A stretch of 63,880 nt of DNA, filler included, from Octopus bimaculoides (lineage: Eukaryota), in NCBI RefSeq assembly GCF_001194135.2. It is 4 parts of 3 records of this genome, joined end to end, with 100 filler letters (N's around TTAATTAATTAA, not from the genome) between each part and the next. Parts side by side here need not be neighbours in the genome. Positions count along the whole stretch, not along the records: positions 22,822 to 39,920 come from NC_068982.1; positions 40,021 to 62,448 come from NC_068985.1; 2 more parts are not named here. One strand, written 5' to 3'. Each line of letters begins with the position of its first letter. The first letter of the stretch is position 1. Positions 38,241 to 51,480 of the stretch are shown piece after piece. The notes beneath the pieces are model-generated. The model had not been told where the DNA came from. It saw only the letters and a list, made by a program, of their open reading frames with translations, and did not search any database. The translations under genes and the position numbers were made by a program.

Positions 38241-39336
38241 ACACAGACACACAAACATATACACAAACATACACATATGACAGAGATAGAGTGTGTCTGC
38301 GTGAGATAGAGGGAGAGAGTGTGTGTGTGTTTGTGGGGCGGGGGGAGAATGAATGAGCAATCATGTTTGGGTATAAAATCTATTTGCTGATCAAGACCTT
38401 CTTTGATCAAATGTGATCTGCGTACATTAATAGCGGTAGTGAGAGTTGCGGATGTGCAGGCGATGATGGTGGTGCATCTAAATAGTAGTAGTAGTAGTAG
38501 TAGTAGTAGTAACAGCAGCATATGTAGCAATAGCATCAGCAGTCGCAGCAACAGCATCTCGATTCATCTGCAGCAATAATCAACTTATTAACGAGCATAA
38601 ATATCTCTGGTGACGAGGGTGTCGGTGATTTGTGCAGTGAATGTGACATTTCAAGTGTGTGTAGGTATATGCGTGTGCGCGTGTGTGTGATAGAGAGAGA
38701 GTGAGAGAGATAGAGAGGAGGGGAGAGGGAGAAAGAGAGAGAAGACCGTAAGAAGAGAAAAGAGAATGTAAAGTGTGATAAGAAATCAAGTGTGTGTNNN
38801 NNNNNNNNNNNNNNNNNNNNNNNNNNNNNNNNNNNNNNNNNNNNNNNNNNNNNNNNNNNNNNNNNNNNNNNNNNNNNNNNNNNNNNNNNNNNNNNNNNNN
38901 NNNNNNNNNNNNNNNNNNNNNNNNNNNNNNNNNNNNNNNNNNNNNNNNNNNNNNNNNNNNNNNNNNNNNNNNNNNNNNNNNNNNNNNNNNNNNNNNNNNN
39001 NNNNNNNNNNNNNNNNNNNNNNNNNNNNNNNNNNNNNNNNNNNNNNNNNNNNNNNNNNNNNNNNNNNNNNNNNNNNNNNNNNNNNNNNNNNNNNNNNNNN
39101 NNNNNNNNNNNNNNNNNNNNNNNNNNNNNNNNNNNNNNNNNNNNNNNNNNNNNNNNNNNNNNNNNNNNNNNNNNNNNNNNNNNNNNNNNNNNNNNNNNNN
39201 NNNNNNNNNNNNNNNNNNNNNNNNNNNNNNNNNNNNNNNNNNNNNNNNNNNNNNNNNNNNNNNNNNNNNNNNNNNNNNNNNNNNNNNNNNNNNNNNNNNN
39301 NNNNNNNNNNNNNNNNNNNNNNNNNNNNNNNNNNNA

Positions 39337-39467
39337 GGTTCTTCGCCGAACGAATCGACTCCAGTACCTGTTTTTTTCAAACCGAACCGCTAAGTTATGG
39401 AAACGTAAACGAACCAACACCAATTGCCATGTGGCGGTAATGGAACAAACACATGCAGGAAGACACA

Positions 39468-39516
<49 letters not shown>

Positions 39517-39680
39517 CGGACTTCTTTTAGTTTCCGTCTACCAAATCCACTTACAAGGCTTTGGTCGGCCCGTAGCTATACTAAGAGACACTAGCCCAAG
39601 GTGACACGCAGTAGGACTGTACCCAGGACTATTTGGTTGCGAAGCAAACTTCTTACCACATTGCCACATCAGTGCCTGTG
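39337..39680 (-). mobile_element. Family A SINE
   Basis: CCGAACCGCTAAGTTATGG...(CA)n...CCGTCTACCAAATCCAC...CTTCTTACCAC. Confidence 0.8.
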
Positions 39681-39863
39681 TATGCAATGATGCATATGCG
39701 TACTTGAGTATCCATATGTGACGTGGTGGCGGTAATACGGAGGGTTCTATAAGAAAGAGAGGCTGGTGATGATGTGGACGTAAAAATAGCCATCGTCTGC
39801 CTCTGTGCGCTGAGACAGACAGAGATGATGAGATGGGGACACACGAACTCATACACATGTCTG

Positions 39864-39900
<37 letters not shown>

Positions 39901-40020
39901 GTTTTATATATATATATATANNNNNNNNNNNNNNNNNNNNNNNNNNNNNNNNNNNNNNNNNNNNTTAATTAATTAANNNNNNNNNNNNNNNNNNNNNNNN
40001 NNNNNNNNNNNNNNNNNNNN

Positions 40021-40051
<31 letters not shown>

Positions 40052-40306
40052 ATATATATATGTGTATATATATATTGTATGTATGTTTGTATTTATGTAT
40101 GTGTACGTATGGACGTTTATATATGTATATATTACGTATGTATGTGTATATATATATATGTGTGTGTGTACGTGCATGTATGTTTATATGTATGTACATA
40201 TATAAATGTATGTATATGTATGTATATGTGTACGTATATGTGTGTATGTGTACGAGTATATGTATGCATATATGTGCGCGGATGTATGTATGCGTATATG
40301 TGTACG

Positions 40307-40339
<33 letters not shown>

Positions 40340-41209
40340 AAATACATGTACGAGCGTTTGTATGCGTATATATTGAATGTATGTTTAAAATCATGCGATG
40401 CCAAGACAAGGAGACACATACATATAAAATGCGATGAGTATATAGAGATAAATTATCCAGGCAGGTACCATAAGAGCTCTCAGGTATAATTCAGGCTCTG
40501 GCTAACCGCATCAGGTAGTAACCAAGATCGTTTAGAGTGAGCAATCTCACTGTAATTCTTCCGATGGTTAAATCCGAGTTCTGTTCACTGGTTTATGAAC
40601 ATTTTCGGGAGTGTAACCCCAAAACAAAATGGACGCTGATAATTATGCAGCATGTACATAAATGTATTTTCAAATGCGTAAAATATTAAATATTTTTACT
40701 GTTACATTACCGTAGAAATGGAAAAACAGTTAAGATAATTGAGAATAAATAAATTCTGGATGAATAACAACAGCTTAGAGAAAATAAAGAACTGCAGACA
40801 AAAACAACTTCCATGTTCATTAGCTTATTTGTCACTCTTCCGAAGTATAAAAAAAAATGGTCCCAACAGAAATTCTAGCAAAGCAATTCGAATTAACATT
40901 ATTTTTGTTTTGTTTTTCTCTTCACCACATAAATTATATCCATTTAGCTTTTAATTGCTCTCTTATTAAGTATGAAAACACTAATGAAATCTATAGGATG
41001 GAGCGTCAGCCATAGGATTAATTTTACGAAATGCATAAATTAACGCCGGATTATAGAAAACAGTATTCTATATTATAAATAGGAGATAAAACTATTGGTT
41101 AACATGCAGTTTGCTGTATTAAAAAAGTGAAAGTACATTATCCTATAAATAACAGAAGTGTATTGCAGTAGAAACTGGAATTGACGACAGTGATATTGCG
41201 TAATTTCAT

Positions 41210-41620
41210 CTTTTATTCTTTACTTGTTCCAGTCGTTAGACTTCGACCATGCTGGGGCACCACCTTCAAGAAATTTTAATCGAATGAATCAACCCCAGTG
41301 CTAATTTTTCTTTAAGCCTGGTATTTATTTTATCGGACACTTTGACCGAACCGCTAAGTTATGGGAACGCAAACATACCAACATTGGTTGTCAAGCGCTG
41401 GTGGGGGTGGATACACACACACACACATATATATATCCACACATAGACACACACGATGGGCTTCTTTCAGTTTCCGTCTACCAAATCCACTCACAAGGCT
41501 TTGGTCGGCCCGAGCTTATAGTAGAAGACACTTGCCCCAAAGGTACCACGTAATGAGACTGAACACGGAACCATGTGTTTCTGAAGCAAGCTTCTTACAG
41601 CACAACCACGCCTGCGCCTA
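41210..41620 (-). mobile_element. Family A SINE, near full length
   Basis: All family A blocks are present, from the tail to the head CACGCCTGCGCCT. Confidence 0.85.
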
Positions 41621-43142
41621 TGTAAACAATTCGACATAACCAATGTATAGAACGCATATATATATATGTGTGTATGTGTGTGTGTAATGTTGTGTCTGGG
41701 GACCATCATACTGCCTTAATATCTAACACTCACCGGTTTAATTTTCACTCATTTATTACTTATATTTTTCCTTTCCAAAATTTTCGTTGCTTTTACAACC
41801 TTGTCAATGGATGTTGACTCTCACATAAAGAATTTTGCAAACCAGATACAAAAACGAAGTATATATTTAATATAACACGAAAACCATTCATATCTTTTAT
41901 ATTAGATGAAAACACTTATTTCTCAGAGGTGTTCGTTGTTGGGTTTTGTACATTGGAACCGTGTATGTCACCTGCTGCTTCTGAAATATATACTATACAC
42001 GTTGGTGCCTGTGGACGTTGAATAACGAGGGAGTTCTTTATGTTCTTTTCATCACATTTTGTGATGTTTCTGTCGTTATTTCCAATTTCTATCTCATTTT
42101 AATTTCTACATTTTTAGACTATTTACTTTCGGGGTTTTTTTTTACAACCGTAAACTGCACGTTAACCGAATTATGTGAGTAACATTAAGCTGTTACACAC
42201 GCACACCCTATGCATAACTCTGTCAACCACATAGACACACAGACCTATGCATAACTCTGCCTACCAAACACACACATACACACACACACACACACACACT
42301 TTTTCTAAGGATGTGAGATGTGTCATAATCAATTCAAACAACCATGTAACGAAAGACAAACTGAGACCCAGCGGCATTTGAACTCAGAAAGTTAGGGTGC
42401 GAAAAAGAAATAATTTAAGGCATTTTCTTCGATATTCTATCAATCAGTCAAATCTTTCATTATATTATGAAGCAAAAGTAATAATACCCTACATTGATTC
42501 CTTTTAGTAAGTTCTCTGACCCCCAACAAAGGGGCCATCAATATGCCGTGATTGGTTGAATTCCATCTTCCTACTGGAATTGATTTTCCAGATTTCTGAA
42601 GGTTCCCTACGAAGAGAAATGAATCAGAAGATAGTGTGGGGTGTCCTTAACTTTTGAAAATGCCTCATTACGCCATTTTGTGACACGTGTTCAGTCACGT
42701 GTGTCAAATGAATTTGAATTAATGTCGTTTACTGGCGAGAACAAATTAAGCCTATTGACAGCTGAAATGATGAGGTTAAGCTGCATACGCACAGGCGCGC
42801 TTACATACACACACACACACACACACACACATACACACACGTACGCACACACAAACACACACGTACGCACACGCGCATACATGTGCATTCGGTCATACTC
42901 AAACACGTGCATGTATATTTGTGTGTCAGTGACTGTCTGATTACCTAGCTAGCGAGCTGTCTATCTATCTATCTATCTATTTCTATCCAGCTACTTTTTT
43001 GTCTAGCTATGAAGCTCTTTTTGCCTATGTATCTGTGTGGCTATCAGTTTGTGAGCCTATTTATCTCTATCTGTCTCTTGTGCAACTACTTGCTTCTGTA
43101 TTTCTGTCCAGGCGCGTGTATGTGTGTGTGTGTGTGCCGTTA

Positions 43143-43174
<32 letters not shown>

Positions 43175-43229
43175 GTCTGCCTATCGATCTAGCTATTTGT
43201 CAGTCTGCCTATCTAAGTCTTCTGTCTGT

Positions 43230-43269
<40 letters not shown>

Positions 43270-43463
43270 ATATATATATATATATTTCTGTCCAGGCGCG
43301 TGTGTATGTGTGTGTGTGTGTGCCGTTATATCTATATATCTATCTATCTATTTATCTATCGTCTGCCTATCGATTTAGGTATTTGTCAGTCTGCCTATCT
43401 AAGTCATCTGTATGACAATTTCTCTTTCTCTCACATATATGTGTGGGTGCGGGTCTTTCTCTC

Positions 43464-43580
<117 letters not shown>

Positions 43581-44221
43581 TTTGTCTAACTGTGTCTATT
43601 TATTTCTAGCCGTCCTATGTATGTCTTTGAATTCATCTCAGTATATCAGTCTATCTTTTTTTCTATTCTCATTAATACTTTTCCCGTCCAATTATCTTCG
43701 ATAATAAATTACTCAGAGAACGGATGTCTATCAAACCCCACCCTTCTCCAGTCATTACGTCTGCTGTTAGTTAACAACATCGTCGTGGCTCTCCGTCGCT
43801 GTCAAGGATGATTCTGGCCTTTGCTCTCCTCTTAATGACAACAACTTCTCTCCCCCAATACTCTCGGACAACTTTAAGAATAAAAACAAGTAATTCCGTT
43901 CTGAACAAATCGGCATCACCGTCTGACCGTCATCAATGCTTCCATTCACATCAAAGAGTGATCCAAGATGATCATCACTACATTTATATATATTTAGCGG
44001 TCAACAAAGCCTTACAGCCACCTGTAAGGTAGTTTATGATGTAGTGACTGTGTATGCGGCCATGCTGAGGCATTACTTTGAAGGGTTTAGGGAAGCAAAT
44101 TGCTCCCGGTACTTATTTTAAAGTATGGTATTTATTTTATGTGTCTGTTTTTTGCCGAACTGGTAAGTCACGGGGGCGTAAACAGACCATCACCGGTTAA
44201 GTGGTGGGAGAAGAAATGAAA

Positions 44222-44261
<40 letters not shown>

Positions 44262-44681
44262 GTATGTATGTATTTGTGTGTGTTTGCATTTCTTCTCCAC
44301 ACACCTATATATTCCCCAGAATCTCCCAAAACTAGAAACCATTAATTATTATGCAAATCTGATAAGATTATCCATTTAAGTCAATCAAGCATTATCGATC
44401 TCTGTAATCACTATCGCCATACATTCCCTCACACACTCGACGAGTTGCCACATAGTTTATGTGAGCCAAGCATCACTTTCTAGGCACTAGTCAACCTCAG
44501 GTTCCGTCATGTCGGACTGAACCTGAAACTACACGGTTGCAAAGCGAGCTTTTTAACCACACCGCCAATACTTGTCACTAGTATACTAACACCACAATAC
44601 CAAACTTCCCCATCACTTCACTATAAAGTCCATCATCATAACGCAGCCTTCACCAGAATCATAACACCATAGCATCATGTA

Positions 44682-44917
44682 CAGTTATTCCTCGCCATAT
44701 CGCGGTTAACCTAACGCGCATTCAGTACATCGCGGTTCACTATCACGCACTCAGTACATCGCGGATTTTTCTGGCTAATATATGTAAATTTATATCGCGG
44801 ACTCCTCAGTATATCGCGGGTTTCTGCGGCCGATAGGTAGTTATATTTTTTTTAGATTTTAATTATTTCTATGGGAGGTTTTGGTACGTAACACCCGCGA
44901 TAGTCGAGGGATTACTG
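44682..44917. mobile_element. Tigger/pogo-like MITE (236 bp), TA TSD
   Basis: TA|CAGTTATTCCTCGCCATATCGCGG ... CCGCGATAGTCGAGGGATTACTG|TA, with internal reiterated AGTACATCGCGG motifs. Confidence 0.85.
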
Positions 44918-45064
44918 TATATCACATTGCCGACGACATAACCTTCACTGATAGAGTAAAATAACGAAGCAAGTTTTGTGAGGTCGCTCAACCTGCAAGA
45001 CAAAGCAGCTAAATTTCCCTCCGAAATCATTACCACGAATCAAACGTATGATATAGAACTGGAT

Positions 45065-45385
45065 TTGTTGTTGGCACTCCGTCGCTTACGACGTCGAGGG
45101 TTCCAGTTGATCCGATCAACGGAACAGCCTGCTCGTGAAATTGACGTGCAACTGGCTGAGCACTCCACAGACACGTGTACCCTTAACGTAGTTCTCAGGG
45201 ATATTCAGCGTGACACAGTGTGACAAGGCTGACCCTTTGAATTACAGGCACAACAGAAACAGGAAGAAAGAGTGAGAAAAAGTTGTGGTGAAAGAGTACA
45301 GCAGGGTTCACCACCCCAACACCCTGCCGGAACCTCGTTGAGCATTAGGTGTTTTCGCTCAATAAACACTCACAACGCCCGGTCT
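45065..45385 (-). mobile_element. tRNA(Arg)-headed SINE (family C), head lost in gap
   Basis: Reverse complement of 51098-51480, with an (AAC)n tail at ~45065. Confidence 0.85.
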
Positions 45386-45769
45386 NNNNNNNNNNNNNNN
45401 NNNNNNNNNNNNNNNNNNNNNNNNNNNNNNNNNNNNNNNNNNNNNNNNNNNNNNNNNNNNNNNNNNNNNNNNNNNNNNNNNNNNNNNNNNNNNNNNNNNN
45501 NNNNNNNNNNNNNNNNNNNNNNNNNNNNNNNNNNNNNNNNNNNNNNNNNNNNNNNNNNNNNNNNNNNNNNNNNNNNNNNNNNNNNNNNNNNNNNNNNNNN
45601 NNNNNNNNNNNNNNNNNNNNNNNNNNNNNNNNNNNNNNNNNNNNNNNNNNNNNNNNNNNNNNNNNNNNNNNNNNNNNNNNNNNNNNNNNNNNNNNNNNNN
45701 NNNNNNNNNNNNNNNNNNNNNNNNNNNNNNNNNNNNNNNNNNNNNNNNNNNNNNNNNNNNNNNNNCCCA

Positions 45770-45985
45770 CAAGGGGACAAACATAGAGGGGACAAACAAG
45801 GACAGACAAAGGGATTAAGTCGATTGCATCGACCCCAGTGCGTAAATGGTATTTAATTTATCGACCCCGAAAGGATGAAAGGCAAAGTCGACCCCGGCGG
45901 AATTTGAACTCAGAACGTAGCGACGGGCGAAATACCGCTAAGCATTTCGTCCAGCGTGCTAACGACTCTGCCAGCTCGCCGCTAA
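45770..45985 (-). mobile_element. Family B SINE
   Basis: GGCGGAATTTGAACTCAGAACGTA...GCCAGCTCGCCGC; the reverse-complement B box is GTTCAAATTCC. Confidence 0.85.
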
Positions 45986-46742
45986 CGATTCTGCCATGTC
46001 GTCTTCTGATTTATACACAAGCAGAGGGGCTTAAATGATAGCTTGAGCCTAGTATTTGATTGGTACTATATTTTATCAACCCCGAAATGTCGAAAGGTAA
46101 AAATCGACCTCAGCCAGATTTTAGCTCAATGATAGATACGTAAAGCACAGTTAATAACAATAACACGGCATTCAATGTGATTTTGTATATACAGTGTAAA
46201 ACGGACGAAATACAGCTAAGCATTTTGTCCGGCGTACTAACGATTCAGTCGGCACCATTGACTACTGTGACAAGATTGTTAGACTTTTCAAGCAGATCAA
46301 CGCAATATTACATCCTTCATCAACATCACTGAAGTTAGATTTGCTAATGATGTTTCAATCACTATTATCGCCATCATCCCCGCATCATAGACTTACAGGA
46401 AGTACATTAATCATTCCAGTGTTTTCTCAGAGAACAAGAACTCTCTTTGACTATCGTTCCATTATACGTTTTCTCTACAAGTGGTAAATCATTTGACAGG
46501 AGTTCAAACTGAAACATCAACAGCTGCGATTTAACTTCGAAGTCTTGCCTGCATCTATGTGTAATTTTTACAGTCTAACAATTTCATCTCGTCTTTAATC
46601 ATTCTTCTTAGTGTGTGCGTGTGTGTGTTTATGCGCACGCATACACATACACAAGGGCTTAGTCTCAAAGGCCCTTTCGCGTCTTAGAAGTGCTTATAGA
46701 TGCACGCGTATAAGCATACACTCATTGGTATTTATAGACAGA

Positions 46743-46780
<38 letters not shown>

Positions 46781-46787
46781 CTCATCT

Positions 46788-47124
46788 ACTCTTTTACTTG
46801 TTTGTCATTCGACTGTGGCCATGCTGGAGCACCGCCTTTAGTCGAGCAAATCGACCCAAGACTTATTCTTTGGAAGCCTAGTACTTATTCTATCGGTCTC
46901 TTTTGCCGAACTGCTAAGTTACGGGGACCCTAACACACCAGCATCGGTTGACAAGCGATGTTGGGGGGGGAGGGACAAACACAGACACACAAACATACAT
47001 ACATATCTACACACATATATATATACATATACATATATACGACTCACAAGGTGTCACGCAGTGGGACTGAACCCGGAACCACGTGGTTCGTAAGCAAGCT
47101 ACTTACCACACAGCCACTCCTATG

Positions 47125-47126
<2 letters not shown>
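46788..47126 (-). mobile_element. Family A SINE with internal deletion
   Basis: Family A tail and head blocks. Confidence 0.85.
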
Positions 47127-47180
<54 letters not shown>

Positions 47181-47969
47181 TACGCATATATATAGAGGTA
47201 CATTGTGTAGCATGTAGTATGTACAACATACAAATATGAAAATAAAGGCGATGATAGAGAGAAGAGGCGAGAAAACATTGACTTAGACCGTTTAACAAAC
47301 CGAGAAACTGACCGACAGGCAGACCGACAAACAGAATACACAGAACAGATTCGCAGAAAGGAGATTGTATTTATCTAAATACTTTCGAATTCTGTTGAAA
47401 TCGAGTGACACCGAATTTTTGTCTCTTATTTCCGATCGGAAATAAAGTTGGTTTCTTTAGAATTCCCATACGTCTCTTAATCTTTGATTAGCTCTGAACT
47501 ATATTCGATATTCCCATCTCTAACGGCTATGCTTTTGTCCTGCGTTCTACCGACTTTACTTAACAAACACCTCGCCTTCATTGTCACGACCGTGTTGTCT
47601 TGAAAATGTAAAAGTATTCCTATGTTTGTTCGTTTTTGCAGTGTTTTTTTTCTATATTTTATATCTATGTTTATGTTTGTTTTTCTATGGAGTTAACTTA
47701 CTTCCGGTATTATAGTATTTAAAGTCAATGCTTCTACTAAGATTCGGGATGAATTTAAGCTGAAGCAAATTACATTAAATACTTCATCGATCCTTCATAT
47801 AAACATGAAATATACACCTATGTATATACACACAAACATATATTCAATACACACCCACCCACACACATATATACATATATCTATATACACACACGTAAGT
47901 ATATTAGCATACATATTTACATGCGCACATATGTTTATAAACATACATACACGCACACATGTATGTATG

Positions 47970-48011
<42 letters not shown>

Positions 48012-48090
48012 TAAGTATATTTAATACATACATTTACAGAAACGTACACAAATATATAAATATACATTTAATACGGCAGGTATACACACA

Positions 48091-48131
<41 letters not shown>

Positions 48132-48392
48132 GTATACATGCACATATCCATTCATATATGTACATATTTATACACATATATATACTTGTATATAAGTGTG
48201 TGTGTGTGTGTATATATATATATGTGTGTGTGTGTATATATATATATACGTGTGCGTGTATATACATACATAATTGTAGATATATGCATACATCCACACG
48301 CACGTACGCATTAACTGTGTGTATGTGTGTGTGTGTGTGATTGTATAGATGAGATCTGAAGTAATGTAGCTGTCAACTTTTACGTCACTTAC

Positions 48393-48493
48393 CACGTAAC
48401 TCCTCATTGTTGATGGAAGATTGTAAGTTCACCTGGTCACAGTCTCTAAGAGACCAATTAGTATATGTGATAACTCTCTTCTTCAAGTCAGCA
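48393..48493 (-). CDS. Candidate 101-nt exon ADLKKRVITYTNWSLRDCDQVNLQSSINNEELR, unknown protein
   Basis: GTCTTTCCATCAG| acceptor and GTG|GTAAGT donor; a single open frame (phase 2 to 1). Confidence 0.4.
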
Positions 48494-49241
48494 CTGATGG
48501 AAAGACTCAACGAACAAAGGCGTTCTTGCCGTGATCATCCAGACCTTTTGATTCCAAAACCTATTTTTAGCAGCATCAGAACATGCTATAAATACGTATA
48601 TATATGTTCAGAGGTTGTTGCTGATATAGTTACTTATCCCATGTCAGCCTTGTTTGAGCAGACGTGTGTTCGAAAGCATTCCGGCCATGACAACCCTGTC
48701 TTTTTCTTATATATAGAAGTGCTCCGCAACCTTTTTTCACTTGCGCGACACTTATGTTCTTTTCAAAATTCGGCGGCACACCTGAACTAAGAATGTAAGT
48801 AAAAGTATAGGGAAAAAATTATATCGAGGTTACACTGCAGAATACCTAGCGTCGTGGAGCAATGATATAGAACCCGCTGAGGACTACACTGACCTTCTAA
48901 AAATAGCAGCCATAATATAGTAAAACTATGTGCTCCTGTGTCAAGGATAGCGCGTCTACGACTATACTGTCCAATCTGGCCTTCTTATTTTAAGACGCTA
49001 CTAACTGTTTAGCATTTCAACCGGTAATATCATGTCAAAATGTAGAGGCGTGTCGCTTAGTGGTTAGGGTGTTGGACTTGTAATCGTAAGATTGTAATTT
49101 CGATTCCTGAACCGAGCAATGCATTGTGTTCTTGAGCAAAACACTTCATTTCATAGTTCTATATTTAAGAGATGAGGAATTATGTACATTATTTACATTA
49201 TTTACAATTGACCGATACTTGTCCTCATCTTGTTTGTTGTG

Positions 49242-49287
49242 AACACAACATTTCGGCTGATATACCCTCCAGCCTTCATCAGGTGTC
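49242..49287 (-). ncRNA. Minimal type I hammerhead ribozyme (variant copy)
   Basis: GACAC CTGATGA A GGCTG-GAGGGTATAT-CAGCC GAAAT GTT GTGTT; the stem III C is mutated to T. Confidence 0.65.
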
Positions 49288-49520
49288 TTGGGGAAATTTC
49301 GAACCTGGGTTCTCATTTTATTATTATTATAATTATTATTATTATTATTCAGGTCACTGTATCTGGAATCTGCAGATGGCGTAGTGGTTAAGGGCGCGAG
49401 CTACTAACCCCAAGATTCCGAGTTCGATTCCAGGCAGTGACCTGAATAATTAATAATAATAATAATAACAACATCGAAAAATACCTTAGGAATGAGAACC
49501 CAAGTTCGAAATTTCCTCAA

Positions 49521-49566
49521 GACACCTGATGAAGGCTGGAGAGTATATCAGCCGAAACGTTGTGTT
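49521..49566 (+). ncRNA. Minimal type I hammerhead ribozyme
   Basis: Stem I GACAC/GTGTT, core CTGATGA, stem II GGCTG/CAGCC, GAAA, palindromic stem III AACGTT. Predicted cleavage after GUU (~49561). Confidence 0.75.
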
Positions 49567-49879
49567 AACAACAGACACGATGAGGACAGATATCCGACAA
49601 ATGTAAATAATGTACTTCATTTCACGTTATTCCAGTCCGCTCAGCTGGCAAAACTGAGTAACCCTGCGATAGACCGGCGTCCCATCCAGTTGGGGAATTT
49701 ATACACAATGGAAGCCGGCCCTCATGAGTCGGCATGACTCGTAAAGGTATATTTGCCTAACTTTTATACCTAGTCCAAATATTCTACCTGTTTTATATTC
49801 AAATAAGCTAGCTCCGGCCTCTTACACCTGCCCGACAATGTCATTCTGAAAATAAATAAGCATATCGAAATCTCGAAAA

Positions 49880-50245
49880 TATGAGGGTTGTGTGATAAGA
49901 AACTCCTTTCCCAACTATATTGTTCTCGGTTCGGTTCCACTGCGTTCCACCTTGGACGAAGTGATTTGTTCTATAGCCTCGGGCCGACTAAAGCCTTGTG
50001 AGTGGATTTGTTGACGGAAACTGAAAGAAGCTTGTCGTATATGTATATAACTATGTTCATCTTTATGTCTCTGTTCGTCCCTCACCACCACTCGGCAACC
50101 GTTGTTGGTGTGTTTACATCCCCGTAAACTAGTGGTTTGGCAAAAGAGACCGAGAAAAGTATTGGAGTCGATTTATTCGACTAAAATTCCTCAAGGCGTG
50201 TCCCCAGTATGGCCGCAGTTTCATGACTGAAACAGATAAAGAATA
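49880..50245 (+). mobile_element. Family A SINE
   Basis: CTATAGCCTCGGGCCGACTAAAGCCTTGTGAGTGGATTTG...CCAGTATGGCCGCAG...AATAAAAGA. Confidence 0.8.
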
Positions 50246-51097
50246 AAAGATACAAGACAAAAATCACCATTACATATGACAGAGTAATCTGAATATTAAA
50301 GCGATAGGTAATATGAGGGATATTTAGCTGATCTTTCTAGTAGTTCGAACGATCGCGTACAGGCAACCTCAGTGCCTTACTCCAGCTACATTTAGGCGGA
50401 AGAGTATAATGGTGATTAGGATCTGCCCGGTGTCTTATAAGTTACTATAGGTATTCCGTGTGTACTATTCACAGCGTGTGAATTTCCTCTCGCGTTAATG
50501 GCGAATTCTTTCGTCTGAAATGCTGTCGCATTAAGCTCGCTTTAATCTACATATTAAATGGTCATTGTACGTGAGGCTTGTTGTCTTATAGAAGGATTAT
50601 AGAGTGCCGTATAATCTCAGAACGAATGCTTAAGATGAAAATCTACTTCGGTAACTCGACTTCCTGTAAATAATCCCAAGGTACTGTCCTAGAAAGGGAA
50701 AGATATATTAAATAATATAGTCGTAGATATGCATACCACGGTGGGATGGTCACGGCTGGAATTCCTTTCATAATAGATCTGCATAGAGTTAACCTGGAGC
50801 AAGCAATTACAACGAATGGACAATTGCAACGTTGTTGGTAACTTTTCAATAGTTCAAAAAATAACAAAGTTGTTTTAAATTTTGGCACAAAACTAGCAAT
50901 TTTTAGGAAGAGCGGCTATCTTGATTATATCGATCCCAGTACTCGAGTAATAGTTTATTGACCTCGAAAGGACGAAAGACCAGGTTGACCTAGGCGGGAT
51001 TTGAACTCAGAACGTAAAGAGTCAGTAGAGTCCGGCGCGCTAACGAGTCTGCCAGCTCAGAGTTAATGATTTAACAAGGTCAGTAATTGTGGGTTGT

Positions 51098-51480
51098 GGA
51101 GGAGCAATGGCCCAGTGGTTCGGGCAGCGGACTCGCGGTCATAGGATTGTGGTTTCGATTCCCAGCCCGGGCGTTGTGAGTGTTTATTGAGCGAAAACAC
51201 CTAAAGCTCCACGAGGCTCCGGCAGGGGATGGTGGCGAACCCTGCTGTACTATTTCGCCACAACTTTCTCTCACTCTTACTTCCTGTTTCTGTTGTACTT
51301 GTATTTCATAGGGCCAGCCTTGTCACACTATGTCACGCTGAATATCCCCGAGAACTATGCTAAGGGTACACGTGTCTGTGGAGTGCTCAGCCACTTGCAC
51401 GTTAATTTCACGAGCAGGCTGTTCCGTTGATCGGATCAACTGGAACCCTCGACGTCGTAAGCGACAGAGTGCCAACAACA
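51098..51480 (+). mobile_element. Full-length tRNA(Arg)-headed SINE (family C) with RTE-like tail
   Basis: A box TGGCCCAGTGG, anticodon-like GACTCGCGGTC (TCG), B box TTTCGATTCCC, and a tail GTCGTAAGCGACAGAGTGCCAACAACAA. tRNA(Arg)-derived SINEs (OR families) are known from octopus; the family match is unverified. Confidence 0.88.

Larger units (their letters stand above)
49154..49613. mobile_element. Inverted dimer of a tRNA-head/(AAT)n/hammerhead SINE-like unit, 11-bp TSD
   Basis: TSD ACTTCATTTCA at 49143-49153 and 49614-49624. The left arm (49154-49370) is the reverse complement of the unit 3' part. The right arm has A box 49377-49387, B box 49422-49431, (AAT)n, the hammerhead and the tail. 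Confidence 0.85.
49048..49745 (+). mobile_element. tRNA-headed SINE (family D), host of the hammerhead element
   Basis: A box GGCGTGTCGCTTAGTGG, B-box-like TTCGATTCC, then GTTCTTGAGCAAAACACTTCATTTCA. It resumes at 49614 with CGTTATTCCAGTCCGCTCAGCTGGC. Confidence 0.75.

Noticed and set aside
43767-44032. Several protein-looking short ORFs on both strands
   Set aside because: Mutually incompatible frames, an AAG or otherwise weak acceptor, and no recognisable homology; no model could be preferred.
44690-44820. Short spaced repeats (AGTACATCGCGG) superficially CRISPR-like
   Set aside because: Irregular subterminal motifs inside a Tigger-like MITE in eukaryotic DNA; no cas genes.
49374-49445. 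tRNA-like sequences (also 51103-51170 and other SINE heads)
   Set aside because: They retain A/B boxes but lack proper acceptor stems and run into SINE bodies; they are not tRNA genes.
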